From positions 96,001 to 160,000 of IMG/VR virus record IMGVR_UViG_3300031521_000011: a stretch of 64,000 nucleotides of DNA; one strand, given 5' to 3'. Positions 61,136 through 64,000 of this stretch are shown piece after piece. Origin of the DNA: a virus. The notes beneath the pieces were generated by a model. The model did no database searches, had not been told where the DNA came from, and saw only the letters and a list, made by a program, of their open reading frames with translations. Numbering within the stretch: position 1 is the stretch's first letter; every line of letters begins with the position of its first letter. Position numbers and translations under genes: made by a program.

Positions 61136-61213
61136 AGGACCCGGAGGAATTCGGACCCTCGACTTCCTGCCCCGTACGTTAGGCTGGCACTCTATCCACT
61201 GAGCTACGGGCCC
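61136..61213 (-). pseudogene. Aberrant tRNA-Arg-like gene (12-nt anticodon loop, no CCA)
   Basis: GGGCCCGTAGCTCAGTGGATAGAG 5' half, loop CTAACGTACGGG, T-loop TCCGAAT. Confidence 0.6.
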
Positions 61214-61226
61214 GAGGGGAGCCCGA

Positions 61227-62192
61227 TTACTCGGGCGCCTTTGTGTTTGAATTTGATAATTTAACCAACGCCTGAAGATTGTCTGTATGACAAAGTATTC
61301 TTGACTTATCCTCATGGCTAAGATTTTTTCTGGTAAGTGCATCCGAACATAGGCAGGCGATGGCGAACAGGATTGATTGCCTGGTATCCTCATCCTCAAC
61401 AATTGGTATGATCTTGCTTTGCTTCTGGATAGTGGGTGCCATATTCGCTTTGAGAACATTTATGGTGTTCATGATATCGGGTACCGATTCAAGCATGAGC
61501 TCCTTGTAGAATCCCTCATAGTCATAGGTGATCTTATCCAGCGGCTTAGATTCGATATCCTCCACATACTTGGTAAGCAGTTCGTAGCTCATCCTGTATG
61601 CATGGAAGCTGTGAGCAGTGTGAGTATAGCTACCAACTGGATATCCCATCTCTTCCGCCACCCGGCGCTGCAGGGCAATGAATCCGACTGCATTCATGTA
61701 GGTGGCCCTGACGGCATCGTTGCTTCTCATCATTACCTGCATATTCAGCCTTCCATCCCTATAAAGGAATTGGATGCTCTGCAGGCAGGCCGGATCTTTG
61801 TTTATGGAGTCAACTGCAAAATCCCTGATGCCCATTACCGCGCGCCGGGTATCCGCATTGCGCCTGAGTTCACTGTAAAGCCATGGGAGCTGTTTTTCAA
61901 AGCGGTTATGATAGGTATACTCCCAGCAGAGGCCGTCGCCAATCTTGAAATCCAGCACGCCATCCACAATTTCCATTGTGTACTGCTGCAGCTCCCGGTG
62001 ACCTCCCGGGAACAGCCTGCTGATGAATGGCTCTGCCGTGGCATTCTCCACAAACATTGTCATTCCGATTTCCTTGATATCCGTATTATAGTCGGGACAC
62101 GGATAAATTGGACCCTCCCTCTCCAGTACCACGAGCGCTTTGTGGTATGCCTCAGGTAGATTTGGCGCTTCGACGAAGTGATGTCTGTACAT
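61227..62192 (-). CDS. thyA: Thymidylate synthase (ThyA family)
   Basis: EYTYHNR, TRRAV, DPACLQ catalytic Cys, MRSND, HSFHAY. Confidence 0.85.
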   Translation of the reverse strand: MYRHHFVEAPNLPEAYHKALVVLEREGPIYPCPDYNTDIKEIGMTMFVENATAEPFISRLFPGGHRELQQYTMEIVDGVLDFKIGDGLCWEYTYHNRFEKQLPWLYSELRRNADTRRAVMGIRDFAVDSINKDPACLQSIQFLYRDGRLNMQVMMRSNDAVRATYMNAVGFIALQRRVAEEMGYPVGSYTHTAHSFHAYRMSYELLTKYVEDIESKPLDKITYDYEGFYKELMLESVPDIMNTINVLKANMAPTIQKQSKIIPIVEDEDTRQSILFAIACLCSDALTRKNLSHEDKSRILCHTDNLQALVKLSNSNTKAPE

Positions 62193-62213
62193 TAGATCGC
62201 TCCTTTCTTATTT

Positions 62214-62364
62214 TAAATAGGGTATACGGTAGTCTGGCTCTCAACGGGGTTCGGACCCGTACTCAACGACAATGCGTCAGTCCTTCCAATTGGGCTATGA
62301 GATAAATTGAGTCTCTGTTCTTGATGCAGAAACCACAATCCCAGACTACCGTATACCCTATTTA
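62214..62364. repeat. 24-bp perfect inverted repeat enclosing a tRNA-like sequence
   Basis: TAAATAGGGTATACGGTAGTCTGG at 62214-62237 and its reverse complement at 62341-62364. Confidence 0.9.
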
Positions 62365-62372
62365 TTTTTAAA

Positions 62373-62461
62373 TGGCGGAAGTAGTAGGACTCGAACCCAC
62401 AGGCCCTTTCGGGCTCACCGGTTTTCAAGACCGGCTCCTTAACCAATTCGGACATACTTCC
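62373..62461 (-). tRNA. tRNA-Ser(TGA)
   Basis: Cloverleaf, long variable arm, CT-TGA-AA, GCCA end. Confidence 0.92.
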
Positions 62462-62472
62462 AAAAAGCAAAA

Positions 62473-62560
62473 TGGTGCGCCGGGAAGGATTTGAACCTCC
62501 GTACCCCGAAGGGAGCAGGTTTACAGCCTGCCGCCATTGACCAGACTCGGCCACCGACGC
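62473..62560 (-). tRNA. tRNA-Tyr(GTA)
   Basis: CT-GTA-AA, long variable arm, ACCA end. Confidence 0.9.
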
Positions 62561-62563
62561 ATA

Positions 62564-62649
62564 TGGTGCGAGAGATGGGACTTGAACCCACACGGCCTTT
62601 CGGTCACCAGCCCCTCAAACTGGCGCGGCTGCCATTACGCCACCCTCGC
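62564..62649 (-). tRNA. tRNA-Leu(GAG)
   Basis: TT-GAG-GG loop, long variable arm, ACCA end. Confidence 0.9.
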
Positions 62650-62653
62650 AAAC

Positions 62654-62730
62654 TGGCGGCTCCAGGGAGACTCGAACTCCCGACCTCTGCCGTGACAGGG
62701 CAGCGCGATAACCAACTTCGCTATGGAGTC
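62654..62730 (-). tRNA. tRNA-Asp(GTC)
   Basis: CT-GTC-AC loop, GCCA end. Confidence 0.92.
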
Positions 62731-62733
62731 AAA

Positions 62734-62982
62734 TTACTGATTGGGTTTTCGTGACCACTTAAAGATACCTTCAAAGTTTAAATAGATGAAGAAGAGGATT
62801 CCAACGCCCTGTGCCCAGTTCCGGGTTGCGACGTCAAAAGCTATTGTACATGCATTTGCGATTAAAAACAAGTAGAAGCCCTTTGAATTTTTTCTGTTGA
62901 TGAAAATTGAACCTGCGATGCTGAAAATGGTGGAAACCCATAGTGCTACCTGGAGAATGTCTTGTGTTGTCATTTCTTCCAT
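62734..62982 (-). CDS. Small 3-TM protein, PnuC-like half transporter
   Basis: RKNSKGFYLFLIAN...YLNFEGIFKW pattern typical of PnuC-like triple-helix units. Confidence 0.55.
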   Translation of the reverse strand: MEEMTTQDILQVALWVSTIFSIAGSIFINRKNSKGFYLFLIANACTIAFDVATRNWAQGVGILFFIYLNFEGIFKWSRKPNQ

Positions 62983-63125
62983 CCTACCCCACTTTTTCTA
63001 TTCTTTTTTCTTTTTATATTGACAATAATACAGGCTCCAAGAAGAGCAGCAATTAGCGCAACAATAACACCAATATCAATGATGACCAAGAATAAGAGTT
63101 GATCCACAATTTTAACCAAATGCAT
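62970..63125 (-). CDS. Small single-TM protein (51 aa, not in ORF track)
   Basis: GGAGGT RBS; hydrophobic helix followed by basic tail. Confidence 0.55.
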   Translation of the reverse strand: MHLVKIVDQLLFLVIIDIGVIVALIAALLGACIIVNIKRKKNRKSGVGWKK

Positions 63126-63152
63126 CTTTTTACCTCCTATTTGATTTTAGAA

Positions 63153-63249
63153 TGCACCCAGCTGCCGGGCTCGAACCGACATACTCCCGTATCCACGATG
63201 ATCAGTCATGAGTCGTTGGAGTTCTAGGCCAATTGATTTAAACTGGGAT
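63153..63249 (-). ncRNA. tRNA-like RNA with enlarged anticodon arm
   Basis: CCCAG/CTGGG acceptor, T-arm GTCGG-TTCGAGC-CCGGC, extended ACTCC...GGAGT arm. Confidence 0.5.
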
Positions 63250-63253
63250 AAAT

Positions 63254-63329
63254 TGGAGCTCCGGATAGGAATCGAACCTACAACCTCCTGATTACAAATC
63301 AGGCGCTCTGCCAGTTGAGCTACCGGAGC
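63254..63329 (-). tRNA. tRNA-Thr(TGT)
   Basis: TT-TGT-AA loop, TCCA end. Confidence 0.92.
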
Positions 63330-63330
63330 A

Positions 63331-63472
63331 TGGTACCGGGTGTTGTCGCACATCCGGCAAATCGCCTTTTCTATATACGAGCCGGCCGGCTGCATACACA
63401 GAAGGGCTGCATCACCATACTTACTGCATTAGCCGGCCGGCCTACAGGTTTTCTGGATCGCGGTTGCCCTGT
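63331..63472 (-). ncRNA. Putative structured ncRNA ending in CCA
   Basis: Three GC-rich helices; last hairpin ends ...CCGGTA-CCA. Confidence 0.4.
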
Positions 63473-63554
63473 TGGTGCCACCCGAGTAGACGCCGAGCCA
63501 CTCTTTCCGATGGTATTTTCTTACCACCACCCCTACGCTTGGGCTAGGATGACA
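63473..63554 (-). ncRNA. Non-canonical tRNA-like RNA with CCA
   Basis: 8-bp TGTCATCC/GGGTGGCA acceptor + CCA, D-like, anticodon-like and T-like arms. Confidence 0.55.
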
Positions 63555-63559
63555 TGTAA

Positions 63560-63636
63560 TGGTGCTACCTGATGGGATCGAACCAACGACCTCTCGCGTA
63601 TCAGGCGAGCGCTCTAACCAGCTGAGCTACAGTAGC
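63560..63636 (-). tRNA. tRNA-Ile(GAT)
   Basis: CT-GAT-AC loop, ACCA end. Confidence 0.9.
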
Positions 63637-63641
63637 ATATT

Positions 63642-63708
63642 TGGCGAGGCATGCTTGGGGAGAAAGCACACCCCGCCGGCGCTTGGGAAAGAGGAGAATA
63701 CTGCCTCA
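63642..63708 (-). ncRNA. CCA-terminated mini-RNA with pyrimidine-rich (anti-SD-like) loops
   Basis: TGAGGCA/TGCCTCG stem + CCA; TGCTT-TCTCCCC-AAGCA hairpin; TTCTCCTCTTTCCC tract. Confidence 0.5.
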
Positions 63709-63718
63709 CAGAGGAGGC

Positions 63719-63796
63719 TGGTGGATCTTCTCCGATTCGGACGGAGGACCTATCGGTTATGAGCCGACTGCTCTGACCAGGCTGAGCTAAAGATCC
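63719..63796 (-). tRNA. tRNA with CAT anticodon, probably Ile2 (lysidine) type
   Basis: GGATCTTTAGCTCAG...CGGCTCATAACCG resembles Firmicutes tRNA-Ile2; T-loop is TCCGAAT. Confidence 0.8.
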
Positions 63797-64000
63797 ATGT
63801 TGTAAATGCATTGTGGCTCGAATCGTGCTCTTATTGTACACTGTTCGAGGAATGTATTCAAGATAGAAATAGAGTCTGTCAATAACATTGCAAACTTTTC
63901 CTTCAAGGTGCTCTTCATCAATGGTCGTAGGTTAAAACCATCAATTTACTTTTTCACCCTGCTCTATACCTCGCCATATGTACGAGATATAATGCGTTCG

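Noticed and set aside
62213-63841. ORFs called across the tRNA array (e.g. 62213-62593, 63147-63395, 63315-63572, 63614-63841)
   Set aside because: They overlap tRNA or structured RNA genes and lack an RBS or protein-like features

Overview
This 64 kb window is a segment of a large contractile-tailed (myovirus-type) phage genome. Strong GGAGG ribosome-binding sites, sigma-A-type promoters, an Amidase_3 endolysin and YhaM suggest a Firmicutes/Bacillota host. The + strand (1-37.9 kb) is the virion module: major capsid, neck, sheath, tube, a frameshifted tail assembly chaperone, tape measure, baseplate and fibres, ending in lysis genes. The - strand (37.9-64 kb) carries an SF2 helicase, small membrane proteins, a primase-ATPase, two possible beta-clamp-like proteins, DnaE flanked by a split Rad50/SbcC, YhaM, DUF932, ThyA and a tRNA array. 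The most striking feature is a probable virion-modification island between the fibre and lysis genes. It holds (i) a collagen-like (G-X-T)n fibre followed by a methyltransferase and a GT4 glycosyltransferase, and (ii) a ~524-aa protein with a fibre-like N-terminus and about 111 Cys in CXXX/CXX repeats. That gene is followed by a radical SAM/SPASM maturase whose CxxxCxxC motif is split by a homing intein, and by a fused mini-precursor/accessory ORF. This looks like RiPP-type chemistry applied to a phage structural protein. A second unusual feature is a set of non-canonical tRNA-like RNAs, several ending in CCA, interleaved with normal tRNAs. All family assignments come from motif recognition by eye; no database search was run.
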